Shown: positions 12,774-26,200 of the stretch, piece after piece
How positions within the stretch are numbered: position 1 is the stretch's first letter
Layout: every line of letters begins with the position of its first letter
Assembly (NCBI GenBank): GCA_012295275.1
Contig: CM022670.1
Location: 9,796,001 to 9,860,000 of the forward strand
DNA from: Chrysomallon squamiferum
Taxonomy: Eukaryota > Animalia > Mollusca
Direction of reading: 5' to 3'
Length of the DNA: 64,000 bases
The notes under the pieces: model-generated
Seen by the model: the letters and a program-made list of their open reading frames with translations, nothing else
Database searches by the model: none
Told to the model about the DNA's origin: nothing
Translations under genes and position numbers: made by a program

Positions 12774-15700
12774 CTTTTATTAGCATTTTATTGCTCCCAA
12801 ATCTCACCAGGTTTCCCAGAATACAGCAGTCTTTTTTCAGCAGAATGTTCTGGAATGTATCCACACCTCATCCCAGTTAGGTTATGACAAATCTGATCAA
12901 ACTGCTCTTTGTGTTGGGAATGAACAAATTTGTAAAATTCTGAATGAAAAAAAAAAATTAAATTAAAAAATGATAAAATGAAGTTACGAAGTAATGTTAC
13001 ACTCACTGGTTGTCTTATTCCAGGTTGAATAAAAAACAACAAATGATTTTATTGTATTACAAATATGGTAGATAAATGTTTAACATGGTTCATACCCCTT
13101 GGGCTGTTAAAATTTCCATAACTTTTCAAAAATTTTCCATAGCACACAAATTCAAATTTCCAAAACTATTTCCAAGCAAACTCAATAACAACAAAGTTGG
13201 TGGGTTTTTTGTGCATTTTTTTTAGACATGTTTGTCAGAGTTAAAACATTTGCTCTGACTAACCTGCGTGGTATACATGTAGGATTACTAGTAATAAAAA
13301 AAAAGTAATTTATTTTGGTGTTTAAAAATGCAGTTTTATTCTTGGAGTGGACATGGCTATGATGATATGTAAGGCAGATTGCCAGAAATATGAATACAGA
13401 AGAATTGCTTCACAAAAAGTTGTTGCATTGCTTTCTTATTATTCAGTTAATAACCCATACCTTTAAAATGCCCCAAATTCTACTGCTTATAGGTTTGTGG
13501 TCTGAATTATCAGATGGACTTTTCTCTCAATTTTATTATTTCACAAAATACGACTTCAATTTCAAGTTATTTTTATTTTTCTCTTTTGCTTTTACAGTCT
13601 TCCTGAAACTATTAGATTTAGTCAAATCTGTGAGATTTCCTTTATTCTAAGCAGATTCTGCCAATTCATCAGCAGATGATTCAATATCTTTTTCTAACTG
13701 TGCTCGCTTTGTCTCTAATTCAATACACTGAGACCTTTCCTCCGCTGTTCATCACCCTTAACCCTAATCCTAAAATGAAAAATCGAACTAACACTAATAT
13801 TACACAATGTTATTTTTGTCATAATTAAACACCCACCCACACCCTTGTAATGCTAGACTATACAAAATACAAGAAGATCATCACTCCCACACACAGACAA
13901 AGCAATGGGGCAATGTTTATTTATATTCATGTGTACTACAATGACGTCATTGTTAATGCGACATATATTGCTGTAAGATGGTAAAAACCTGTGGGTTTTT
14001 GCTTGCACCATTTTAACTGATCATCGTATAAATACAATGTTAAAAATTAAAATGTCTGGTGCATCAAAGCATTTCAGCTGGATTTATAATTGTGTTAGGT
14101 TTATATTTACCTGTAAAAACCTACATTAAACATATTTTTCAGACTATAACTTACTACTTTTTTCTTCCATATATAAGGGTGCCTGTCCATGTGTCTGTTG
14201 CAGACATGCTTCTCAACGGCTCGCTCTGATTAGCACGTTAAATTGTTTCCATTTCCATTTCCATATGAATTTTATTTTCATATAAAATAATGAATAAGCC
14301 ACTTCTGTTAGTAGGATGTGTCATTGCATTTAAAAACTTGAACAGATTGGAACAGCTGATTGTTGTTGCATTAAATCATTAATTCTGTGGCATGTCACTG
14401 TGTGCATGTTGATACCAAAAGAACGACAATGCAACAATAGACACTTATCAGAGTTGTAATCAATTACACTGACCATTTAGCGCTATCACAACAAGTCCAC
14501 TCTGCCAGTCTGATAAAAGTTTGCAACAAGTATCACCTATTGATACTTAAAGAGATTTAAAAAACAAGTGCAGATAACCTGACTTAATCTTTTGGAATCA
14601 GGCTAAAACAGAACCACTACCAAAACTAAACCATTTTCTTTGGTTAGGTTATAACAGCACCTCATTATATTGGCTAAAACGGGGTGTTGGGTTGGGGCTA
14701 AATATTGGTGAAACAAACCCTTTTTTCTTATATTTATTTACAGAAAGGACATAATTTTCCATAACTTTTCCGTAGCCAAGGTGACAAAACCTGAATTTCC
14801 AAAACTTTTAAGGTCCTGGAAAACACTGTGACGAAATTCCAAAACTTTCCGAGACTTTCCAAAATGCATATGAACCCTGGAATATTTTATTTAGACAAAC
14901 AAACAGACATACTTACATCAATACACACAGAAATATACACACATACACAAACATATATTAACGACTGAATATAATAATGTTAAATATAAATGCTGTTTTA
15001 GAAACATTTTTCGCCATAATAATAATAATAATTTTTCCCATTTTAGTAAATGTGAGAATAAAAATATCTCACTTCTGAAGATATGGTGAGTGCTGGGGTC
15101 TGCTGTGAACAGATCAGCCAGAACACTAATTACTCTGTCCAAGTTCTTAGTCTTGCGATACTCAATCAGAGTCTTAGAGAACAGCTTATATGAGTCTGCG
15201 GACAAGATTTTTTTCACCTTAAATGTAAAATAAATAAATAAATTTATAATGTAATGTAATAAGATTAAATTAAAATTAAATTAGTTAAAAAGGTTAATTA
15301 ATAAATAGGAAAGATAAAGAAATATAAAAGTGGAAAAAGAAATTAAGAATGTAATTGTGAAAAGATAAAATAAAAAAAATTTAAAAATAAATAAATAATA
15401 TAAAATATTATTTTTGTTTATTACTGTTTTATTTATCATTGTTAGTTTTTTGGAGTTTTTGTTTTTAATTTATTATATTTATTGTTATATTTAATCATTT
15501 TAATAAAAAAAAAAAAATTTTTAAATTAATACATAAATAAATAAAGGAAAAAGTAATTATTTTAATTAAAATAAAAAAAAACAAAAAAAACATATACATA
15601 AGTAAATAAATTAAAAAAAAAATTAAATTAAATAAAACAAGAATAAGAAAGCAACATACAAATGACAATGATAAGTAAAATTATATAACAATAGAAAAAT

Positions 15701-17216
15701 TAAAAAAAAAATTATTATAAATTATACCAATTAATAAAATTATATTAAAGTAAAACCATATAAAACAGAACAAAAAACAATTATTTTTTTTATTTATTAT
15801 ATTAATTATTTACAAAATTATATTATTTATTTAATTTAAAATATTATTAATGTTTTTTCTTGTTTTTTTAAATTTTATTTCTTTTGCTTAATTTTACTTC
15901 CATTGTTTTATTTATTCTATTATTAAATTTTTGCTGTTGTTTAATTTGTTTTTCATTTATCATTTCCTAATTTGTATTTAATATTTAAACATTTTCTGTT
16001 GTTACTTTGTTTTATTTCATTTTAATCATATTTTTAATTTCATTATTTGTCATTTTTATTAAATTTTTATTAATTTGTTATATTTAATTTTTTATTTTAT
16101 TTTATTAGTAGTATTATTTTACTTTTTATTTTATTTTATTTTATTTTTGAATCTTTGTTTTTTATTACTTTATTTTAATCTATTTTATTTTATTTATTTT
16201 CATTTATTATATTTTATTTCTATTTGTTTATTTTACTTTTATTTTTGTTTATTGTCAAATTAATAAGAAAAAAGTAAAATTTAAATAAAATCATAATTAA
16301 ATAAAAATTAAAGAAAACAAAATAATAAAAATATAATAACAGCAAAAATCAACTAAAATAAATAAAAATTAAAAATAAAATAAAACAATAAACAATTATG
16401 TAAAATACAATAATAATTGGTAAAAATATTTCAAAATTAAAATTTAAAAAAATAATAATAATAAAACAAATATATAACATATAAAGAAGTAAAAGAATAA
16501 ATATAAAATAATAAAAACAAAACGCAATGAAAAATAAAATAATCAGAACAAAATAATGTAAAATAAAAAAAATAATAAAAAAATAAGCAAAACACACCTC
16601 ACTGACATAATCTTCAGCTTTGTTGACATGGACACTGGAAATTGTTTTGGATTCTGTTGAGGATGCTGTTTGCTCATTAGACTTCTGAAAAAAAAAAAAA
16701 AAATGGCGGCTGTAACAAACACAGATTTAATGAAGATAAAAAAATACAAAAACAATTTTGACTGTATTCAAAAGTAAGAAAAAATAAAAGAAAATAGAAA
16801 CAAACCATTATATGTATATATTAAATAAAAATTAATTTTTTTTTAACAAGGATTAAAAGGAAATTTTACCTTTATAACAATTCTTTTTTTCTTCGGGTGG
16901 GCTGGTTTCACTGGTTGATGAGATGGTATCTGTTAGAAAAATAAAAATTATTTTTCCTTAATTATTTTATAATTTATTTGTCATTATCATTATTTTATTT
17001 GTTTATTTATTGATTTATTTATATATTCATTTTTTTTATTTATTTATAAAAAAAGCATACAAATGGTAGTAATAAAAAGTTGAATTACAAATAAAAAAAT
17101 AAAAAATACAAAAGAATTAAACGGGTATGAAACAAAATTAAGAAATAAAAAATATTTTCTGTAAGCTTACCAAGAACATTTAATTAATTATTTTAAAATC
17201 TCAATACTTTTTTAAT

Positions 17217-17257
<41 letters not shown>

Positions 17258-20200
17258 ATAATATACAAAAATAATAAGCCTAAAAACATTTATTTTTAGT
17301 GTACTAAGTTCTGTATAAAATAAGTTAATTACTTTGATATATCCTTTAACAAAACTGGACAAAGTAAAAGAACCTTACACAATGAAGATTTTATTTTCAA
17401 CTAGAAAATATTAATTTTTACCTGAGTTTCAGACAGTAATTCACTGAAAGATGATGTTTTCTGAAATATAAATATAACCATTTCATTATGAACCATGCAT
17501 TTTTTACATATATTTCCTTCATAAATTCAGTGAATGTGTCCAAAAGAAAGACAGACAAAAATAAGTCTTGAAAATTCAGAGAAACCAGTCAATAGTTTAG
17601 TATAAAATTAAAAATTAATTTTTTTACATAGGTTTCATTACCATTTCAGACATTGCAATAAATATAAAAAATAAATAAAAAATCACTGATTCGATCTCAA
17701 AAAACACTCAGAATTTAAAAGAAAATTATATTAATTTTGTTTTTTTAAGGTCTGATTTCTGATACTGAAAAACTATATATTTATCTGACAAAATATATTT
17801 ATTCTTAACACTGATGAAAACTTTAATTTACAGGAAAAAGTAATTAACAAATTTTTTAAATTCTTATTTTAACTTGGATAAACAAATTTAATATTAATAT
17901 GAAAAAACACACAATAAAGTATAAATAAAAAAAAAAATTTATAAGAAAATAAAACTTTTAACAACTGTATATTTTACCTGACAAAATAAATTTAGTGACA
18001 AATCAGAAAAGAAACAAGGTGCAAAATAGAAAAAAAATTAATTAACAAATCAAGAACACATTTATTATCACTATTTATTTAACCATTACTTAATTAATTC
18101 AGAAATAAATTAACATTAAAACTGTAAGAAACAGCAAAATTAAAAAAAAAAAAAGTAATTAACAAATCAAAGATACATTTATTATCACTATTTTTTTTAA
18201 CCATTACTTAATTAATTCAGAAATAAATTAACATTAAAACTGTAAGAAACAGCAAAAAAAAAGAAGTAATTAACAAATTAAAGATATATTTATTATCACT
18301 ATTTATTTAAATATTATTAATTAATGAATTTAACATTATAATGAGAAAAACTGTAAATTCACCTCGGTACATTCCAGAGCTTCTATCAATCCTTTTTTCT
18401 CAGGTTTCTCAATGACTCTTTGGTTGTACACATGTCTCAGAGTTTTCTGATTATGCTGCTCATTATCTATCACAAAGAAATAACTAACTTTAAAAACAAA
18501 TCACGTGATTTCCGTGTGTTCATAATTTAGAATAAACAGATTATTCAGTGCAAAAGAAATTGATTAAAATATTATTACTGTTATTATCATTATTGATCTT
18601 TATTTTTTATAGATATATATAATTATATATCTGTAAAAAAAAAAAAATAATGGTAATAAATAAATAAATTAAATAAATTAAATAAATTAAATTTCAAGCC
18701 AATTTAACATGTTTAAATTTAAAAAAAAAAAAATAATAATAATAATTACAAGAAAAATTATATAAACAAAACATAAAATTTAAATAAAAATTTTAAGTTA
18801 CCCTGTTCCTGTTTCATACTGGGGACATGACAAACAACTGTGCGTGCCTGTTCGTAGCAGATAGTTTTACTTGCATGTTTCTCAACACTTCTAGACAGGG
18901 TAGGGTTAAAAGAGGCTGACTGACAGCTCTGAGTCAAGTTTTTTCTTTTCTTTGCTGATTGGGCAGGAATCTGAAACAAGCCAGCAAATATTCATTACAG
19001 ACTGATTGACATGACATTTAGATATAATCCAAATGGGAAACATTTTTTTTTTAAATTTCATTTTTCATTTATTTTATTTTATTTTATTTTATTTTATTAT
19101 ATTTTATTTATATTATATTTTATTTTATTTTATTTTAATATAAAATAAGTCTGGAGATATAGAAAAAAAAATTAAAATTTTAAACATTTTATTCATAACC
19201 TCATTTGCAGATATAAGCTGAATAATAAATAAAATGATAAAAATTAAAATTAAAAAAAATTTAATAAAATAAAATAAAATAAAATAAAATAATTAAATTA
19301 AAAAATAAAAATAAAAATAAAAATAAAAATAAAAATAAAAATAAAAATAAAAATAAAAATTAAAATAAAAATAAAAATAAAAAAAAAAAATAAAAATAAA
19401 AATAAAAATAAAATATAAAAAAGGCTATAATCCCTAGAACAATAAATATTGAAAATTATACTGAAAATATTCAGTATCAAACTAACAAGCTTTTCTGTGT
19501 TTTTGAAAAACGCCATGACATCGCGAATCACGTGTCCAAAATTATCTTTTTTACTGATGTACGGCCGCACCCACAGAGGAAGCTGACAAATAAAATCAGA
19601 AGAACCAAACCTGCAAAAAAATTTAAAATAAATAAACATTACTTTCACCAGTTTATTACATCTTTATGTTATAAAATTTATTTCTATACTGTTTTTATTA
19701 TTTTGAAGCTGGTATAAAGAATGTTATATTCTTCTGAATTAAAACAGTTTAACAAATTGACCAGTAATGAGAGAAATGTATACATGAATGGTTTTTGAAA
19801 AGAGATTTTTTTTTTTTAATTTGAGACAGCTAATAATATTGTAGCAAAAAAAATGTTAATAAAAAATAATTTTTAAGAAGTGTTTGGTAAATATTAATTA
19901 TTTATTTTTGTTTGATTAGTGATAAAAATAAAAAATTTAAGAAAACAAGAAAAAAAAACCCCGCAAACTTCACCATTTTGTACAGTTTTAAAAATTAAAT
20001 AATTAAGTAATTAGTTGATACTATTAATGCTAAAACAAGTGAAATGCTAATATAATTTTTTTTTTTTTTTTAAGACATTCAAACCTTGTATCACACAGGA
20101 TGATTGCTCCAAAATCATCTTTGTGTCTGATGACACGCCCAATCGCTTGATTGACAGCTCTTGAAGCCTGCTGTCTATACCACTCATTTCCTCCAAGTCC

Positions 20201-23200
20201 CTGAAATCAAAGAAAAATAGCAAAATGTTAAAAACTGATTTATTTTTATACATCATAATTATAAATACAATATCAACCAATCATTTAAAACATCGCATAT
20301 GTACAGCCACAAAAGATAATATAAAGAATAATAAGAATAAAATAATAAATTTTTTAAGAAATTTATAATTTAACTACATCATTAATTTGGTTTAAAACAT
20401 CTTAGTACCAGAAAAAAAATATATATATATTTTATGAATATATCATAAAAACAACATACACAAATGTTTGTAATTTCATTATCATACTTTATTATTAGCA
20501 AAGGTTAGTTTGAAAACAAAAAAGGAAAAAAATATTCAGTCAAAAGCATAAAATATATTTTTGTAGGTTCTCACAGTTTTGTGAAAAAACTGTCATATCT
20601 GATTATGATCAATGAAAGGTTACTAAAAACTGTAAAACAATAATTTTGAAGTCTAATGAATTTTTACCATACAAGAGATTATAAACATATGCTAACCTTT
20701 ATAGCATTCTTCATTCTCATCTCATCGAGAAACTGCATCTTTAATATGACTTTAGGGTCCATGCGAGGAGGATATGGCAAACCAGTGATGACAACAGCCC
20801 GGCCATTGTTGTTTGAGAAATCCAAACCTTCACTCACCTGAAAATAAATACAGCTCTGTTTTAAACGTTTAGTACAGAGTACAGAAGAGACTGTTGTTAT
20901 TAGAATTTACCTAAACATAAATTTTACTCCCAAAATCAAAGGTTGAGTAATGCTGAAACTCAAGCAAGAACAGAACGGTATTTAAGTCTGAACACAAATT
21001 CCATTTATATTTCATATACAGCTTATACAAAAATTTATTTTTAATGTAATATTTTTAACAATTTTGTTCATGAAAAAAAATTTATGTTGCTAAACCATCC
21101 AAAAACTGCAACATGGCACCATTTAGGATGCTCACAAAAAGTTTTCAGATAAGAGATGATTATTTTTTGTTTGTTTTATTTGTTTTTTAGTAAAACTTGA
21201 ATGCCAGGAAATCCAGTAATAGTTGAAGAATTTCCATCTACAACACAAACGTACAGGGACAGAGGTACAGAGGTACAGACAGAGGAGAACTATCACCAGA
21301 TACTTAATAAATATTTGCCAGCTACAGAAGGAATAATGAATATTCCCTGTACAATACAATTTAATAAAAATTAGTCACATCTCTTGAAACATGACTGAAT
21401 AACATTTTACTTATTATTCAGAATATAAAATTATAATATAAATTAACAACACTATTTAGTTTGAGTTGGAGAAAGGAAATTATTATTCATTTAAAAAAAT
21501 CTTTAGCTTCAAAACATAAGAGTGTCTGATGTTAATAATAAAAAATTATAATAACTGTAAGATTTTTACTTTAATACAAATTATTACATCATCATAATAA
21601 TAAAACTATAATTTCCAACACAAATAAAATCAACAACAAATAAAAAATTTAATTTACCTTGCCACGACAAACTGCCATAAAAATTGCTCCATTTAGAGTC
21701 GTATCTTCAATTTTGTCATAAAATTCTTCAATGACCTGATTTAGACAAACAATTGCAGGAGGAGAAAAAAATGTAGTAATCATTTTAACAAGAGGACAGA
21801 GATATTAATTTGTAAATATGAAGTGATGTATCACATATGCTGCCATTTTTTTCAAAAAGCATAAAGTTATCTCTTATTGGAAGCATGGAAACCTTTGGTA
21901 TGTCAGTTTTGGAATACTGTTTAGAACTGCAAACATTTATTCTTGATCATTCAAATACTTTCTAAAACAAGGCAGTGAAAGACTTTTAAAGTGTTGATAA
22001 CTTTAAAAAAAATTTAAAACTAAAGTTGTGAATAAAAGGATCATATATTCTCTCTTTAACAAAACTTACATTATTAAATGCTGTTTTTCCTTTTGGTTCC
22101 ACCAAGATTGCCTTGTACTGAGTTATGCGATTCCAGATATTGTTTTCCTAAAATGCATATTATCAAAACATATTTATAATACCAGGTTTTTATTTTAACA
22201 AATAATACTCTGAAGATGAAAAGAAACTGAAAATAAATAATTGAAGATATAATAAAAAAAGAAGAAGAAAGAAATGAAAGTCACATTTAATTTTATAATA
22301 TAAATATGAAATATGTTAAAAATAACTGATCAACACATTTTTTTAAATATATATTTTTTTACAGTATTTAAAAACATATATTATTAATTAAAAGTGACTA
22401 ATTAGACTTTATTTATTTTATTTTACTAATCACTCACCTTCCAAAACTCAACGCATTTGTCCATGACAGGATAAGAAGGAAAGAAAATAAGAAGTCCACT
22501 TGGAACAACTCTAGAAAAATTCACTTTAAAATAAAAATAAAATTCCATTTGTTTAACACCACTGAAGTAGATTATTCATTTATGATCAGTTATTGGAAAT
22601 AAATAATGTTAGAATATAGTTTTCAGAGGAATAAACTTAATTTTTTGTAAAAGTTTCTTAAAATACAGATATCTGTTGGGTCTCAAACCAGAGTAAATAA
22701 TAAAATACTATTATAATTATACTGTTTTTAAAAACAAATTGATATCAGGTCAATTTCTGCTTGTTTTTATGTAATGATGATTTATTATAGACTTGTTCCT
22801 TAGTAATATTATTATCAAATTATACAATTAATATTTATTTATACAGAGAGAAAAAACTTAACAATCATTTCTCAGAGTACATCAACATCATGGTGGAAGT
22901 ACATACACATATATAAAATTAATATTTAACTGCAAACTTTAGACAGAAGTAGCTCTGTACTACTGATTATATATTTTATAAATTTTAAACTCAAAAATAT
23001 TTTTATAGTTAACCATATCTCACCTATGCTATTTCCCAGAGATGCCTGGTATGCTGGATCAAATCTGAAAATTTAAAAAATTCAGTAATTTAATTAGTTT
23101 TAGACACTGAAGCAGCCAATATGAAAAATATTTTAATTGATTATTACTTATTTGAAATGTAGTTTTAATATTATTTTGACATTCAGAAATTTCTTTTTAA

Positions 23201-26200
23201 ATCCTATATTTCATCTTTAACTAAGAAACACAAAACTAAGAATTAAATTTTAATTAAAAAATGCCTTCACATATTTTTAATCTATATGTAAGTACTGTCA
23301 CGCCTATGGTTACATACAAATATTAAAATACAAAGAACAAAAAGTTGCCATCATAATGTAGGTAAAAGGAATGTTTTACAAAAACACAGAGCCTGTGGCA
23401 TATCAGTAATATGGCATGGGCTAGAATAGAAAAATGACAACAGACATGTGGAAGAAATTTGATCAGTAATCCATGATATCTCAGTACTATGACAATTACT
23501 TTATTATGAATAATAGTTAAATAATTTTTTTTTTTTTTTTTATATGACCAGATATACACATTTTGCAGAATCAAAAAAATTAACAGTAGTTTGAAGTTTG
23601 GTATAATTATATTTTGTATTTTTAACTGGAATTATTTCGATACCTTGTTTGATAACTTGAGTTGAGAACTGTCCCATCAGGGCCTTTTGCAATGATGTTG
23701 ACTGATACCTGGAATTTCTGTATAACATGAGGGTTCTCCAGTGTAACTGGAAACGGACTGAAAATAAAACAGGAATGTATATTAATTTAACAACAGTATT
23801 TCATAATTTATTCATAATACATAAAATGGTTATAAAAAATTTAATAATATAATTTTATAAAAACTTAAAATTAGAATAAAACCATAATTAGAGAGGAAAA
23901 ACGTTAAAACAATAAAAGAAAAAAGAAAAAAGAAAGAAAAAAAAAATGAAGAAAGATAATAATATATTAACGTATTTAACTGGATTCGTTCAAGAAATTT
24001 TGACATACGACTTCAGTGTAATAGCTAAATTTTTGTTTATTAATTAAAATTATTTCAGAAGCAAATTTGTGAAATAATTGTTATAATTTTAATACAATTA
24101 TTAAAATAAAGGATAAAAATCTAAAATGCAATTTTTTTAAAAGATATATTAATATAAATCAAATATAAAACCCAACCAAATACAACTAATAACATAAAAA
24201 AAAAAAAAAAAAAAATGTTTTGCAGTGACAATAAAAATTATAAATGTTAATTATAATCAAATATGAGAATCTTACATCTGCATTTCCATTGTGAATGAAG
24301 AGAGGGGAGACAGAGTCCCACTGGTGAGAATGATACATTTGACACCGTGAGCCTCAAGATCTCTCATACTGTGTCCCGGACTGAAACACCAGTAACTCAA
24401 AATCCGCTCTGAAATAAACAAAAAAACAAAACAATCTATTATGATCAGAGTTAAAGTTGTGTAAAGACTGAGTCCCCACTAATCACACTTGTTCAAAGCT
24501 TGATCCATTTATACTGATGACAGTTAATTTTCTTTGAAATGTAAGAAGATGAATTAAATGATTAATAGAGTTATACTGAAAATGTTAAAATACTGTATTA
24601 TTGAATTAATTCAGCAGGAGAGGAGTCTTATAGTCGAAGCAAGAGACCAAACAGCTTCAGTCCCCATGTACTCCCCAGAAATGGTGTTTTGGGATTTTTT
24701 CATAGATTTTTCAGACTTGTTTTAAATCCATAAATTATTTATCTCTTTTAAAAATAAAATAAAATAAAATATTAATATGGAGCAAACAATAAAAGCCTAA
24801 TATAATTATACTGCTTTTAAATACAAATTGATCTCAGTTCAATTTCAGATCGTTTTTGTCTAATAATTATTAAGTATTGTCTTGTTCCTTAATAACATTA
24901 GTATGTAATTATGTAATTAATAATTACTTCACATGTTAATGATAAAATATAACATTTCTAAACAGTACCCTTTTTATCTGGATTTCCAGTTGAAGCCCAA
25001 GAATCCATTTTTTTCTTCTTTGCAAATTCCTCTTTAAAATGAATATGAACCTGTAATAACAATTTACAAAAAAATTATTAAAATTATTGAGATAATTTTT
25101 CACAAAGACCATAAACACTGAGAAAATGATTAGAAAAATTTGTATTAACAACCCTGAACTGTTTTATAAATAAGATATTTTAAATATTTTTTCCAACTTT
25201 ATAAAAATGATTTCTATTTTATTATTTATTACTTTTATTGAAATTTATTAATCAACAAAAAATTTATAATCAATGATTATATATAAACAAAGGAGATGTA
25301 CCAAAAAAATATAGTAGAAATAATTCACGTGTTATTTCTAAACCACTAACCTTATAAAATTTTGTGATCCTCTCTTGGTGATCTGGAAGAGTGGCTCCTA
25401 GGGCTGGTTCCTGACTGAACACAATCTAGAAATGATAATATTATTGCCATTAGAAAGAATCATCTACATCTGTAATATTTCTCAGTAAAGCTCCTGTTGA
25501 TAAATAAGATAGAAACAAAATATGTATTTTAGAAAATAGTTTTAAAATGTAGTCTACTCCTTATAACCAGATGTATCAAATATGTCATATCTGTTTAGTC
25601 AGTGATAAAATAAATTCACTTAACAACTGAACATCAATATTAATTACTGTAATCCATTACAATAATTTAGAAAATTCTTTGGAAGCTGATTTTATATTTT
25701 CCATTTACTTATTCTGTAAATCATTCAAATAAAATTGTGAAGTTAGAATATTTAAGATATGTCTATTAACACACCTGTGAATTAATGGATTTTTAAAAAA
25801 AAATTTCTTATGTACATTTATACTTAGATGTTACTATAAACTATTAAAATAGTATGTTTTAATCATTATAATAAGATATCAACAGTCTGAATACACATGA
25901 TATTAATGAAAGTTTTTTGTTCTTGCAATAATTAATTTTTTTCTAAACCAGTACATGCATACCCTTAAAATTTCATTTATTTTTCCAAGTCCTGCACCTT
26001 TTGTATGCAAAACACTGCCTGCACCTTGAAATATTCAAAAATCAATATTATACTTTGATGTCTAACAAGCAGAAGTTACCATTAAAAATTAACAAATGTG
26101 TAAAGATACTGTGGTTGTATTAATCAAACAAAAATAGGTTTTTTTTTTTTTTTTTTTTTTTTAAATTCTCTTGTTATTAAAACTGGTTCATGGGAAGAAT

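Noticed and set aside
13754-13775. Telomere-like CCCTAA units inside the RTEL1 gene
   Set aside because: Only 2-3 degenerate units inside a transposon relic; coincidental.
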